A DNA stretch of 63,618 bases, the filler included, from Platydemus manokwari (Eukaryota): assembly GCA_037951405.1 (NCBI GenBank). It is 6 parts of 6 records of this genome, joined end to end, with 100 filler letters (N's around TTAATTAATTAA, not from the genome) between each part and the next. Parts side by side here need not be neighbours in the genome. Positions count along the whole stretch, not along the records: positions 33,670 to 45,233 come from JBBMOY010595549.1; positions 45,334 to 54,524 come from JBBMOY011285539.1; 4 more parts are not named here. One strand, 5' to 3'. Shown here one piece after another: positions 38,936 through 51,444 of the stretch; position 1 is the first letter of the stretch, and every line of letters begins with the position of its first letter. The notes under the pieces were generated by a model, which worked only from the letters and a program-made list of their open reading frames with translations, ran no database searches and had not been told where the DNA came from. The translations under genes and the position numbers were made by a program.

Positions 38936-41900
38936 ATGGCATGTCCCAGAAAAACAACCATCGAAATAAAGATTCAAAACGTCGTAGGAAGTGCTCATTA
39001 TGGTACGCCAATAAATATGCAAGCAGTTGTGAATTATTTTCCAAATGTTGAAAAAAAAGGTCCCACAGTTATCATAGAATTAAAAAAACCGATTATAAAA
39101 CTTATCAGACTATTCGAAAACGGCAAAGCATTGTTTTATGGTTGTAGAAGGTTTGTATTTATTGAGTAATGGTTTATTTTCTTTTCTGTATAGTATTGAA
39201 GGTTTGAAAATGGGAGCTTTGAAAATAGCAAGACGATTGAAAAAAATTGGCCATAAAGTCAAAGCAAACTATCATGTCAGAGTGAATAACATTGTCACAA
39301 TATCAAGATTTCCATTCCAACTTAATTTATATAAAATTACCAATGATTTTCCAGCTAGCATATTTACTGCAGATGAGGAACTTTCGTTAGTTTTTATTTT
39401 CAAAATAAAACTTTTGAATAATATTAAGTCAGTTTGATATTGAGGCTTCTAAAACAAATATCGTATAGCTTTCCAATCATTACAGTAATCTTTTAAGGAA
39501 TACCTTCAACCCAAACAAAGTGACCAGAGTGTAAGTGAAATAATTGATGTGTAAAACCCAGGCTCATTTAATCATCGATTTTATAAGGTTTAAAAATAAG
39601 TCGGTAGTCCAAATGATTTGTGAAAATTATAAGTATAAAGTGATAAGGAATTAAATATGGAGTTCAAACAATGTTTTCATTGACCATTGTTAGTTATACT
39701 AATAAGCATGAATGATAATCTGGAATTCTCTGATAATGACATTGTCACATGGTTTTGAATCTGTAGCTGTTTCATAACAATTTACTCCTTGATTAGGAAT
39801 ATCAAACCTAGAATGTATATTTTCTAAAAAGTTCAACAATGAAGAAATCAAAACTTTTGAAAAATTTATAAAATTTCAATTTTAACCATATTTTGATATG
39901 ATTAATTGTTATTAGAAATGCTCGGATTTTTTATAAGAGCGAAACTGAGGTGGTAGCCACGATAACATATGCCGGAACCATCATCTGTTATGGTTAGAAT
40001 TAACATTTAAATATTTGTTAGCATGATATCTCAATTATAATCCAATTATTATCGGATATGTTTGAAATAAATATTCGAATAAATTAAATATTTCAACAAT
40101 TTTCATATATTATTTAATAAGTATATATTATTTACTCTAATATAAAACTATAGTTTATGAAATATACAAACCATAATTTTCTTTAATCGCCTCTTTAAGA
40201 GAAACATTATGCTAAATACTCGAATATTTTTCAATAGAATAGTTCACAATGTTCAGAAATCATTTCTCCAAATTCTCCCCTTATAAACTCACTCAACTGT
40301 ATTGGATTTAATAATAACTCCTACAAGAACCACTTTATCCTTCCAAATAGAAAAAATACATTACATCGAAATTTCAATGTTTTCTTATAATCCTCTGTGA
40401 TGATGAATCTATCGATATCCATAACAAATGTGCGTTTGCAAATTTCTTTACGTTAAGTACTATAAGATTTTCAAGACATTCTTTAAAACCATCCATGTTA
40501 ATTTTATTGTTTACTATATCAAGTCAATTCATGGCCACTGATAGTAGTAACGGTAACAAAAACTTTAAGATAATAATACGTTTCGTTGTGTTTTCATTAT
40601 TCCCAAATCTTCACTATTTGTGCTCATTCAATTTGAAGTATGATTCAACTTAATTGTAGTTTAATTGCCGGATTAAAATTGACTATTTCTAATTATTATT
40701 ATCTAATTAATATTTTTAAGTTGGCAATATGTCGGTATAATCTTGGTGAAAGTATTTAAACTCTGAAATTAATAATCCTCCTTCATAAGACAAATATGGA
40801 AAAGAGAAGAGGCGGGAATAGGATTTGAAGTAATAAAATCATTATCTACGCCGTTCCATTACCGTTCCAAATATGAGGCTAGAAAAGATCAATTAATTAA
40901 CTTACTGAGAGTTAAAAAAAACCCAATAGGCTGATATAAGACGTAGAAAATGAGTGTAAAAATCATAATGCTAGATAAAAATATTAAAGATAAAAACTAA
41001 AGAACCCAAAACATATCACATTTAATAAGATGTAAAATAGTAAATACTTGTAAAATATTTGATTGTGTCAGATGTTAAGAGCTGCTAAGTCAAAACTGGT
41101 GTGTATAATCTGAAACTGGAGCCAACTTTCAAAAAATTAAATGGAACCGGAGCCACATCTTTTTTGATTTGGTTCCCAAAGTCAGATTCCCGGGCATCCG
41201 TCTATTGGCTTCATTCTCTTTCGTAAGAATTGTAGCAGCTCATATTAATCCATACACAGTCTTAATTATGGGTACAGTGCAAAGATATAATCAGTCTTGT
41301 CGTGTAATTGGTCTCCAAATCAAACATCTGCACAGTAATATTCATCCATAAGTTTTAAGTTCTTCTCTGTCCTGTTATGGCATCACTCTTATATTATCTT
41401 TTTATGTTTGAAGCATTTACATAATAGTATTAATATCTTAGTAACTGGGTATGAGTAAATCATATAAGCATAATTTATTCTTCTTTCTTGGTATACTTGG
41501 GTCTTTCTTCTGTTAGAGTATTGTTTTATTGTTCAAATTATATTATGAATTCTATACTACCAGTTTAAGCGCGACGTCAAATCGGTAGGTGCGTGTATCA
41601 AAATATTATAATTAAAATAAATCAATAGAGAAGAATGTGTTAATTATTTTTTCATTCAAATTCATTAGAAATGCATACAACTATGATACAGAAAATTATT
41701 CAAAATCCATTTTCTTTAATCAAACTTAATTAATTTTGCGATCACTTAAAATTACAAATGTACTCAGACACACAAGTTAAAAACATGGGTCAAATAAGGA
41801 AAGCTCTTACAAACCTCCTTTGTGTTGAAAATATATGTTTCAAAATTTGAACAGATCTCTTTCTTATTACTTCTACTATTTTTTATTTTAAAATCGTCCT

Positions 41901-43130
41901 TGTAAAGATCTATTATACTTCTATTATTATCGTTATTTGAAGTTGCAATCGTAAGGAATCTTTAAATAAATTCTTGTTCTCTTCAAAGCTTCCCCTTAGA
42001 AGTCTGTTTAGGTGTGAACGAATTTTATGATTTTCCTAGTGCTTATATACTGTTCTCTATTACTAATTATGAATAATCATTTTTGTTTATGATCTTTTAT
42101 CAAAATTATTTCATAAATCCGTCTCGTATTAAAAAGTTCAATTTATTTTTCACTCACATTATTATTTTTGATTTCTTTTTCGCTCACATTTTAAAATTTC
42201 AACTTCGCCCCCATTTTAATTAATTTATTTTCTCCCACATTTATAATTTCTATTTATAAATTTTATTATTATTTCGTCATCATTTAAATTATATTTAATT
42301 TATTATGATTTATGCCTATAAATTTTATTATAATTTCGCCACATTGTATTTCGTCTACATGTATAAATTTTATTATTCCCAAAAATATAATTTTGCTCGT
42401 TATAAATTTTTATTCTTATTTTTAAAATAAATTTTACACATGAATGTTTTACATTTGAAATTATCAAAAGTATCTGCATATAAATATTATGGATTTCATG
42501 CAGAGTCTAACTGAAATAGGATCACAAGATGATGGAAAGAATCTAATCACAAATTGTCATCGTCAATATCCACTTTTCACTTTGATTGGGGCTTTCGTAG
42601 ACTTTTGTAGGATGATTGAGTATGGAATTGGGATCCCATCCCTTGATAGACTGAAGACTGGGATTTGAAAGATGATTCCGCTTGTCATGGCAATAATGAA
42701 TACATTGAAGATTGTTAAGTTGTAGAAGATATTGAGGGTGAACATTGTTTAGATAATATTGCTAGTGATCCAGTTGTGTAACACTTCTTAAAAATCTAGG
42801 AAATATGATTAGGATCCATTTCATTGAAACTAAAGCGGAATATGGTCTCGATGGATTGACAAGGAATATTATATTGACAAGTTATGGCAATATTAGTGCA
42901 TGCAAAGTTTTTTTGCTTCTTCAACCCACAAACGAAAGTTATTTTTAAAAAGTATTTGTAAGACCAACATCTATAAGACTTGTAAATCAATGATCAAATA
43001 TATCAATAAAGTAAAGATTATATATTTATAAATATATTACGTTTTAGTTTCAAGTTTGAAAGAAACATATTCTCGCATCACCGAAATTCTTACTTTAATA
43101 CAAAAATACAAGACTACCAAAAGACCTTAA
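38936..43130 (+). CDS. Highly divergent TBP-family protein (TRF2/TBPL1-like); join(38936..39150,39194..39385,39916..39992,43048..43130), 188 aa
   Basis: Two TBP repeats: IKIQNVVGS...LKKP...RLFENGKALFYGCRS...GALKIARRLKKIG and VRVNNIV...FPFQLNL...ATITYAGTIICY...EILTLIQKYK. Intron phases 2, 2 and 1 all join in frame; 567 nt. Exon 4 is less certain than exons 1-3. Confidence 0.85.
42120..42420. repeat. Degenerate array of TTT(T)CGCxCACATT-like motifs (probable TE subterminal repeats in intron 3 of the TBP-like gene)
   Basis: About 8 variants spaced 15-45 nt apart: TTTCACTCACATT, TTTCGCTCACATT, TTCGCCCCCATT, TTCTCCCACATT, TTCGTCATCATT, TTCGCCACATT, TTCGTCTACAT. Confidence 0.6.
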
Positions 43131-45161
43131 GAAAGCTCTGAATAATTTTGGGTCTGTTTAAATTAAATAATAACAAATATATTTATTTTTTCTTTTATAC
43201 AAAATCAATAAATAATTATAGTTGTTGAGTTTTATATCTATGTATAAATGGAAATGTCAAAACATACTGGTCATATGCATACTTATTTCTACTTTGTGTA
43301 AATTGATTTAAGTTGATCATAAATCAATCAATTGATATAAGTTAAAGATTTTACAAAAACCGGCTTGATACTTGTGTTAAATAGAAAAAAGAATTTATTG
43401 AAAGAACAAAAACTACAGAATAATTGCTAAAATGTCTAATAAATGTGATGAATGCTGTGATTTCTATAATAGCTTCCCAACTTAAATCTAACTCATTCTC
43501 AAAAGTAAGGTTGTTATTTAATATAACATATTTAAAATATTTGGAGATCGAATAGTCAACAAATTAATGGATTGCATTATCACATGGTAGCATGTCAGAT
43601 TGCCGGATAGAAGGAGAATATGGATAACATAACAGAGATGACTATTCTAATAATAACTACTGCAAAAAATGGTAAGCATAGAATCAACACTTTTTGTATT
43701 AACATAGTCAAGGAATCCTCAGGAAATCTTGTTATCTATCTTGAGGAGCAAGAGCAATAGTCCCCTCTATTATGTAAAGCATTTGAGTGGTGAAAGATCT
43801 GGAACTTTGATAAAGCTAATAGTAGAGGTGTGACTCATCCATGCTGTGTGAGATTTCCTAACTCGTAGGACTGATCAATCTGGCACGATTATAAGTACCC
43901 AAAATATACTTTAATACAAATCTTAGTAGTGTCAAATATTCGAGCTGCACAGTTGTTTGGTAAGTAGTAGAATATTTCTATTGGAGATTTCAAGAATCTT
44001 AAGCACATTGAAAGTCTTCTGCGGAATCAAAAACAGGGAAATCGTGTGAACCAATCCTGCCAAGCAGGGTTTGTATGGCATAATTCTTTTACATAATGGG
44101 GCGTAACTTGCAAATACCTGTTCATAAGCGAGTGTTTGATATCTACCAGATTATTATTGGGAATCTAAGGTATCCCGTGAGTCAATTTCAATAAAAATTC
44201 AATAAAAACAAATAAGTCCAACGATTATATGGCAAAAATTGTATGGAATTGATAAGTCGATACAGACAAACCATGAAACAGCAGATCAAATCAATTCTCG
44301 ATTCAAACTCCTTTTCATGATTACTGTAATGACATTTTGTTAAACTTTGTCGATATAGAAGCTCGCTGCATCTTTGCAAGAAACGCTATTGAGAAAATCA
44401 CCGAATTCCTTGAATGCTTGTTTTAATCTGGATTCTAAAATAAAGTTTCTAGATGAATGTAAAGCTTTTAAATGATGAGAGTATTTTTATTTATTGGTCA
44501 GTAAAATAATTAAATCAAATACTTGTAAACATTGCAAAGATAATGTGCAAAATTTTTAATTAACTAAAAGTATTATGAATAGTAATAAATTATTGACATG
44601 AAATAAAATCGTTGTTATAGAAGGGAAATAAAACAGGAATCTATCATGGAAGAATTATAAAATTATGCTGTGATAGGAAAATTAAAATTAACCAAAACGG
44701 CAATCCAAAGTATAAATAACAAATCTCGACATATAGAAATCTATAATCAGAAGGGAAACCTCAATTATCAGTTCGCTACCGAACTATGGTTATGGAATCT
44801 AGTTGATCATTTCATTATTACTCATTATTTTTGAGTAACCTGATGATGAAATATGTCATTTATAGAATCATCAATCTCAATTTTAAGATATTAATAAATC
44901 ATATTAATTTAACAATGCAATCTTGAAAACATCAATCAACAATCGGTTCGAAATGGTTATTTTATTACATTGGAAAATTATAAGAAATACAATACAATCA
45001 AATCAGTTGAAACTCAAGGTAAAGAACAAAAATAATTCCTTTGTTAATTATAAAATAATAATATTTTAACGTGGGTGTTGAAATAATAAATAAAACATTA
45101 ATAATTTGAGTAATGAATATTAAGTTAAATTTAGATAAGTAATATATGATCTACAATATTA

Positions 45162-45233
45162 TTAGGTTGTCCCATATGAAATGTCCGATTTTCATGCACA
45201 TATTTGAAGAAGCATAACTCATAAGAAAATATT
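45162..45233. mobile_element. Mariner-type TIR at contig end
   Basis: TA followed by TTAGGTTGTCCCATATGAAATGTCCGATTTT. Confidence 0.7.
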
Positions 45234-45333
45234 NNNNNNNNNNNNNNNNNNNNNNNNNNNNNNNNNNNNNNNNNNNNTTAATTAATTAANNNNNNNNNNN
45301 NNNNNNNNNNNNNNNNNNNNNNNNNNNNNNNNN
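45234..45333. other. Assembly gap/linker
   Basis: N44-TTAATTAATTAA-N44, followed by (AAT)n to ~45390. Confidence 0.99.
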
Positions 45334-47667
45334 ATAATGATAATAATAATAATAATAATAATGATAATAATAATAATAATAATAATAATGATGTGTAGAA
45401 ATATTATTATATTCACAAGGAAAAACTCTTGATTTTTTGCAAAGCTTCATAAGGATAATTAATAGAGAATCCTTTACTGAAACAGACAGTTAATTATGGA
45501 TTTGAAATCTGTGTTTATTATCTTAATAATATTATTAAAAACATTGCAAATTCGTACCCATATTGATGTCATAAACAACGGCAGTTTCTAACCTGTAAAC
45601 GATAGTCGCAATAAAAAATGCCCCCCTCAATTAAATCTATCAACTAATCCAATAAAAATCATATTCATAAATAATTCACTTCGCTTGTAATTGAGGTTTC
45701 AACAAAAGAACTCATTCTAACGATTTTCTTAAAATTTATTTTACTTACAACACTTTATACAATTTTTTAAACAAATTATAATGTCAGAGAGTTTCAATAT
45801 CAATCTTAATGAGGTCTATATAAAACAATATTAAAATAAATTTAAATTATCTTATCTTATATAATAAATTTTAAAACACTATTTTTAAAATTTATTATCT
45901 TATTTATTATTTAAAATTACTTTTAAATCATTTTTAATTATTTTAAATTTTTAAAATTATTATCATTTAATTAAAATAAATGCTCTCAGTACTCATGTGC
46001 CACACTAAGGTTTGATGTTTTCTGAAAGAATAACGTGCAATATATAAAATAATATTAGGAAATATTATATTTCTTATCGGTAGCAGTTTAGTTTTTTAAT
46101 CACACACTTACGATATAAATGACGTATTGATCGAATGCTTATAATAAATATTCGTTTTGTTTCAGATATCCTGTCATTTGAATACTATAAATCAGATCTC
46201 AACACAAAAATCCGTACTGCGAAGCCGTGAGATAGACCAACAATTAATGCAAGACCAAGAACTCAAGAAAAAAGAAATTCAAATTTTGGTTTTAGGTTAT
46301 TATTATTGTTGTTAATAATAATATCGATAGACATCATCTAAATACATAAAACAATAAGAAATTTATTAAGTTATTATAAGAAATATAAATTAAAGAGACT
46401 TTAATAATTAAGGAAATTATGATGTCATTACCTTGATATTACTATCAATTTGGTGTGTCGAATCAGACCTTTTGAACAAAGACCTATAATTCCTTTTCTA
46501 AAATAATAACCCTCGTTGATACATACAAGGAAACACTTGACAATCAAGTATCCAATATGAGTGATGAAAAGTAATTCATCGCTTTTGAAAATAAAGAACA
46601 TGGGATTCATGTATGAACTAATAAAAAGTCCGCATAGTGACTAATTAAATTTTTTTCGTTTACATGGAGTGTTATCACGATATTAATGAAATTGTCATTT
46701 TTTGTCGTAAAAGATTTCTAGCCATGATATTTTGATGATAGTTTTCGTCCTCAAATTAACATTTCTAGCAATATACGATGTCAATTGTAACCTTAATGCA
46801 TAATTGGTTTGAGTAAAATGTTATTGTGACTGTTGGTATTACCATAGGCCTACCAATTTGAGTATTTTACCTTAATGTGAAAGATTTTAATCAATGAGCT
46901 AATTTAATTTCATGATCGAGTTTGAGAATACCATATCCAACAGCACAACATATACCAAGTAATATCGTTATCAATGAAATGAGCAAAAAGTTGTTTGAAG
47001 TGGACTTGTGATAGTACCACCGGTAAATGCTTTTGATACCTTGGAGAATCTCGAATCATGTACTATATCCTATGATTCCAATCATTTATAAATTAATTGG
47101 GATGTGCATAAATAGTTTTGTCAATCCCAGAGTATGATCCCTTTCATCCATGGTATTATTATTCTACGAAGTGATTTCATAACCTCTACTTTCAGATTTT
47201 AAATATGCAATTTTTATTAATACAATCTGAAGACAACATAGTTCTGCATATTTGAAGCCTTACTCAGTCACCCAATTCTTCTAGGCTTTGGTTATCTATA
47301 GCAATCAAGAAGAACTTAAGTATTTCACGATATTCGTTCTTCCTTGTGTAGTTTGAAATCATAATTTCATTTTTCTCGACCAATATAAACCTTCCGTTTT
47401 TGTACGAATTTCCCATTGATGAACTTCATTTAGAATTTTTCGAAACAGGTTTGATGAGTACTTATTATTATGAATATAATCAACCGATATGACAATACTT
47501 TTCAGAGAGATATCTAGTTAATTTCTGCAATTCTGGTACAACAATAAATTCATACATGGTTTAACTGAAACTAAAAACTTTGACAAGAATAATTTTTTCA
47601 GTGAAAATCATAATTAAAATTGAATTATAAAATTACTTCATACTCGATAATTCATCACAATGAAACT

Positions 47668-47700
47668 AGGTCAAATGAGCCCTTTTCTTAACTCCATCCC
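47668..47700 (-). mobile_element. Merlin-family TIR (inverted orientation); element extent unknown
   Basis: GGTCAAATGAGCCCTTTTCTTAACTCCATCCC is the reverse complement of the shared ...AGTTAAGAAAAGGG...TTTGACC TIR. Confidence 0.6.
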
Positions 47701-49056
47701 TTTCATTTTTTCGTTAAACTCCGATTACATTCAAAAATATATATTCTTTTATATTGCTTGGAAATTTTAAAAATAAAATGAAAAATTTATGTTATCGAAA
47801 ATCGAAGGAAATAGGCTATCATAGAAACACACCAAATATTAATTACTGTTTTTAGAAATATCCATGGAATTATTATTCAACCCGGAAATGTAAATTTTAT
47901 ATTTTTAATAATAGATGGAGAGCATTGAATTAAGTCGAGTTTTCAAGTTCTACACTTTAGGAAACACACTGCAAATTCTTGAAATAATATTTTCGGTTCA
48001 GGAAGCATTCAAAGAAATTCAACATCACTTTTTCCATTTGTCAATAATCTGGAAATAGATACTTTTCTTTTCCGCTGTTGAATATTCAAAATGCTATAGA
48101 AAAAGTTACTTGCACTACAATTGCCTCATATATTATAAATTCGTTCTAGAATTAAATGATTCGATAATTGGGTAGAGCTTTATTTTTAAAATTCAAAACA
48201 ATTATTATTACATGATTTCATCCAATCAGCTCCGAACACCGAATGGTTTGACCCCCGACCAAAGGGAAAATATATTTCTGAATGAAGAATATGTTGCTTG
48301 TGTTCGGATAAAACTGATAGCTAAAGGAAACAAACACATTTGCTAAAGGAAACATAAATCAATTGATTTTTACCGATCTTCTTTTTCATTCCAATTATCA
48401 ATCTTCGTCTGTTTGTAGTGGGAAAAAGAGAAAAACCTGTCGTTGATGTTTTTGTCGATAAAAGCATTCGATTTGTTTGTTTCAATTAAGCACATCAACC
48501 ATCTGTTTGAGTCACAAGAAATATTCCGTGGTAAAACAAAATTCCATCAACAAACAAAGTAACAAACAAATAATAATAACAATAATCAATTACCTCACTA
48601 AATCACAAGAAGACCAGATAAAAGTAGAAACTAATCATTAATAATAATAATCAAGGTTATATAAAGTTTCTGATTCACATAAATAATATTTCCCCATATT
48701 ATGCAGAATGAATTCATCTTTATTTATCGATTATTTTTCGAATGAAAATAAAATCTAAAAATTAAATTTTTTTATCGCAAAATAGTAATCTTCAATGTCT
48801 TTGTACTTTTTCTAAAGGCTAAATATGACTTCTTCAATTGATAATCCAAGATAATGACGTAGGCACTGAACACCGAATCCAAACCATTTATTTGTGATTG
48901 ATTTCGTGTATGCCAATATATCCTCTGAATATCACTATAATGAGGTTAAAAATTAATGATTTGAATGTCCCTGGTTTTGATTCAACACACATAATCTCGA
49001 CGCAATTTCTCAAACCCAAAGAATAACCAGAACTGTGTTGTCAGTGAAATGAAAAC

Positions 49057-49695
49057 ATTAGTTACCGGTGATAATTAAATGAATTAAATTTTTTAATTTT
49101 TATTTAATTCTAATTTGATAAAAAATTAAATTTATTTGTTAAATATTTTTATTAAAATAGATTTTTACAGGTCCTGACTTTTCAGTTCGTTTTTAATGTG
49201 TGGTTTTTCACATATCTGAATTCGATTCTGAAAAGATGAACGACTGAAAATTATAGAAAAGAAAGAAGAAGATACGGGAGACTATTTTGGGAACATATAA
49301 AGAAGATATAAAGAAGTTGTAGAAGAGATAAAAAGGTATATAAGACAAGATATAAAGGAGATATAAAAGAATATATAATGGGGATGTAAAACAACATATA
49401 AAAAGACAAAGGAATTAGAGTTTTCGTGTAATGAAACATGTAGGGTATTCGATACAGATACAATCGACCAAATCGAAGATTTTCAAGAAAGGGGGTGTGA
49501 GACCTTTTAAATAAATTAAATTTCTAATTCAAATTTAATTCTAATTTTATGCAAAATCATATTTATTTAAAATTAGATTTATTTGTGGAAATACTTGTAT
49601 TAAAATAGATTTTTGGTGTCTTGATTTTACAGTTCGTTTTTAATGTGTGCTTCATAAAATAGTAGCAACTACTAGTTACTAAATCGGTAACTAAT
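49057..49695 (+). repeat. Dispersed repeat family R1, copy 3, with an internal direct repeat and short inverted ends
   Basis: An ~80-bp direct repeat at 49128-49205 and 49575-49653. An 11-bp inverted pair ATTAGTTACCG / CGGTAACTAAT. A hairpin TAGTTAC-TAAATCG-GTAACTA at 49673-49693. Confidence 0.6.
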
Positions 49696-50049
49696 TACGA
49701 AACCATTTGAAAATATTGTCAAAAATACTAACCAGTAGCTGCAATTGCAAAAATTCGTATTTATTTTTAAAATTTAATTGCTAAACGGGAACAGTAAATC
49801 AATATTGATTATTCTCGTAATAGTTAACCATAATATTTGTATAGGTGCCAATGAAACAAGGAATACAAATAGAACAGAAACAAATTAAGTTTGTTTCCTA
49901 TTTTGTTGTCGTCTAATTACCTTTTGAGAAAATTTATAATTTTCTTAAATGACAAAAATTTCGGTAAAAAAATAATTTCACCTTAAATAAAATAGAATTT
50001 ATAAATTTAAATTCAAATTCGTTGAGGCAATATTTAGAAAAAATGTTTA

Positions 50050-51000
50050 GGAAATTCAATAAAATATATTGACAATCAGCTGGGATATTTCAGAGCTGTT
50101 TAATCGTATTATTTTATGTTTAAAACCGATAATATTGAGATTGTTAAATATGAAAATAAAACGATTCGACTTACCAGTCGAAACATTTAAAGTATTAAGA
50201 AATAATAAAATGAAGATTAGATAAGGATCAATACTGGATCCCGAAATCGGAAATAAAATTAATACAAAGCACTGGACTTTGAGATCGGTAAACAAATTTG
50301 CACATAAACGACACATGATATGAACTTTTATTTCAATACTTACAGCTTTCGGAATAGGAACGATTATTTTAAACCTAAAGCTACACTTAAAGATAAAATA
50401 ATATCCGTACGATATACGTTAAAATTCTCCCAGAAAATTAATGAAACTGTTATTCAAAGAGTGGCCAAAATTTATCACTTCAGATCAGAATAAAAATTCA
50501 TTTGAGAATAATAATTTGTAATTAACGTGTCTTCATTCCCTTGGCTCAGTAGTAAGATTGTAAAAGTAGAGTGCTGCCATGTGAAAACTAGTTGTACAAC
50601 TAGTGAAGTTATTTTGTTTTATTTAAGTAAGAGTAACCGCGTCAGCTGACGAGACTTGTTGTGTACACCAATAAGGAATTTCTGAACTGATATTTCAGCT
50701 GAAGTGACAGGACATAGTCCTCTTTCGTAATGAAATTAACGGAATTATTTTCGGAAATTGTACCCTAATCATGGTCTAAACTGTAATGAAATAGTATAAA
50801 TCTCAAACTGAAAATTTTGTTTTCGTTCAACTTTATTGTGAACTTAGTTAACAAAAGGAATTGGATTGGTGCTCGATAAGCTTCAAAACCACCAAATCTA
50901 ACAAGATTAAAGACAAAAACTAAGTTGAAAATATTTGTATTGATTTATACCGGCATTTCAATCTTTTTTCCAATTCGTTATTTTGATATCTGATAAAAGG
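50050..51000 (-). ncRNA. Candidate spliced non-coding transcript
   Basis: Minus-strand introns 50950-50898 (GTATAA...TTGTTAG), 50343-50277 (GTAAGT...AAG) and 50174-50096 (GTAAGT...AACAG). No long ORF across the exons. Confidence 0.3.
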
Positions 51001-51417
51001 AGAAATCTTTATTGTTTCGCAGTAGAGAAATTTTTTGAATGAAAAGTTTGGAAAAATCTTGAGCAATCAATAAAATTATTAATTTTAAATTTTAAAAGTT
51101 TTCCGTGATACTTTTATGAATTTTTTATTTTTACAATTACTGCAGATAAAATATATTAATCCGTGACGGTTTGTTATTGATTTTGTTAATGGTCCAAATG
51201 TATTTGAGAAAGAAAAATCGAGATTCGAAGACACGTCCATAATTTCATCCTAAAATATAAGATGATTGTATAATAATTTTAATCCGTTTCATGAACTTTT
51301 TAATAATCGTGATGTGGCTCTTGTCCCAACAACAACTTTAAGTTGGTACTAATTAATTTATAGTTTATTATGGTAATTAATTTAGGTAATTATATATATA
51401 TATATAAATATATATAA

Positions 51418-51444
51418 AGAGAGAGAGAGAGAGAGAGAGAGAGA
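51418..51444. repeat. (AG)n microsatellite preceded by (AT)n
   Basis: Direct inspection. Confidence 0.95.

Noticed and set aside
42012-42076. Alternative last exon for the TBP-like gene (GVNEFYDFPSAYILFSITNYE*)
   Set aside because: It is phase-compatible, but the 43048-43130 exon fits the length and hydrophobic register of the TRF2 C-terminal helix better. It cannot be fully excluded without cDNA.
42120-42420. Repeat-spacer-like array suggestive of CRISPR
   Set aside because: Eukaryotic context, short degenerate repeats, irregular low-complexity spacers and no cas genes.
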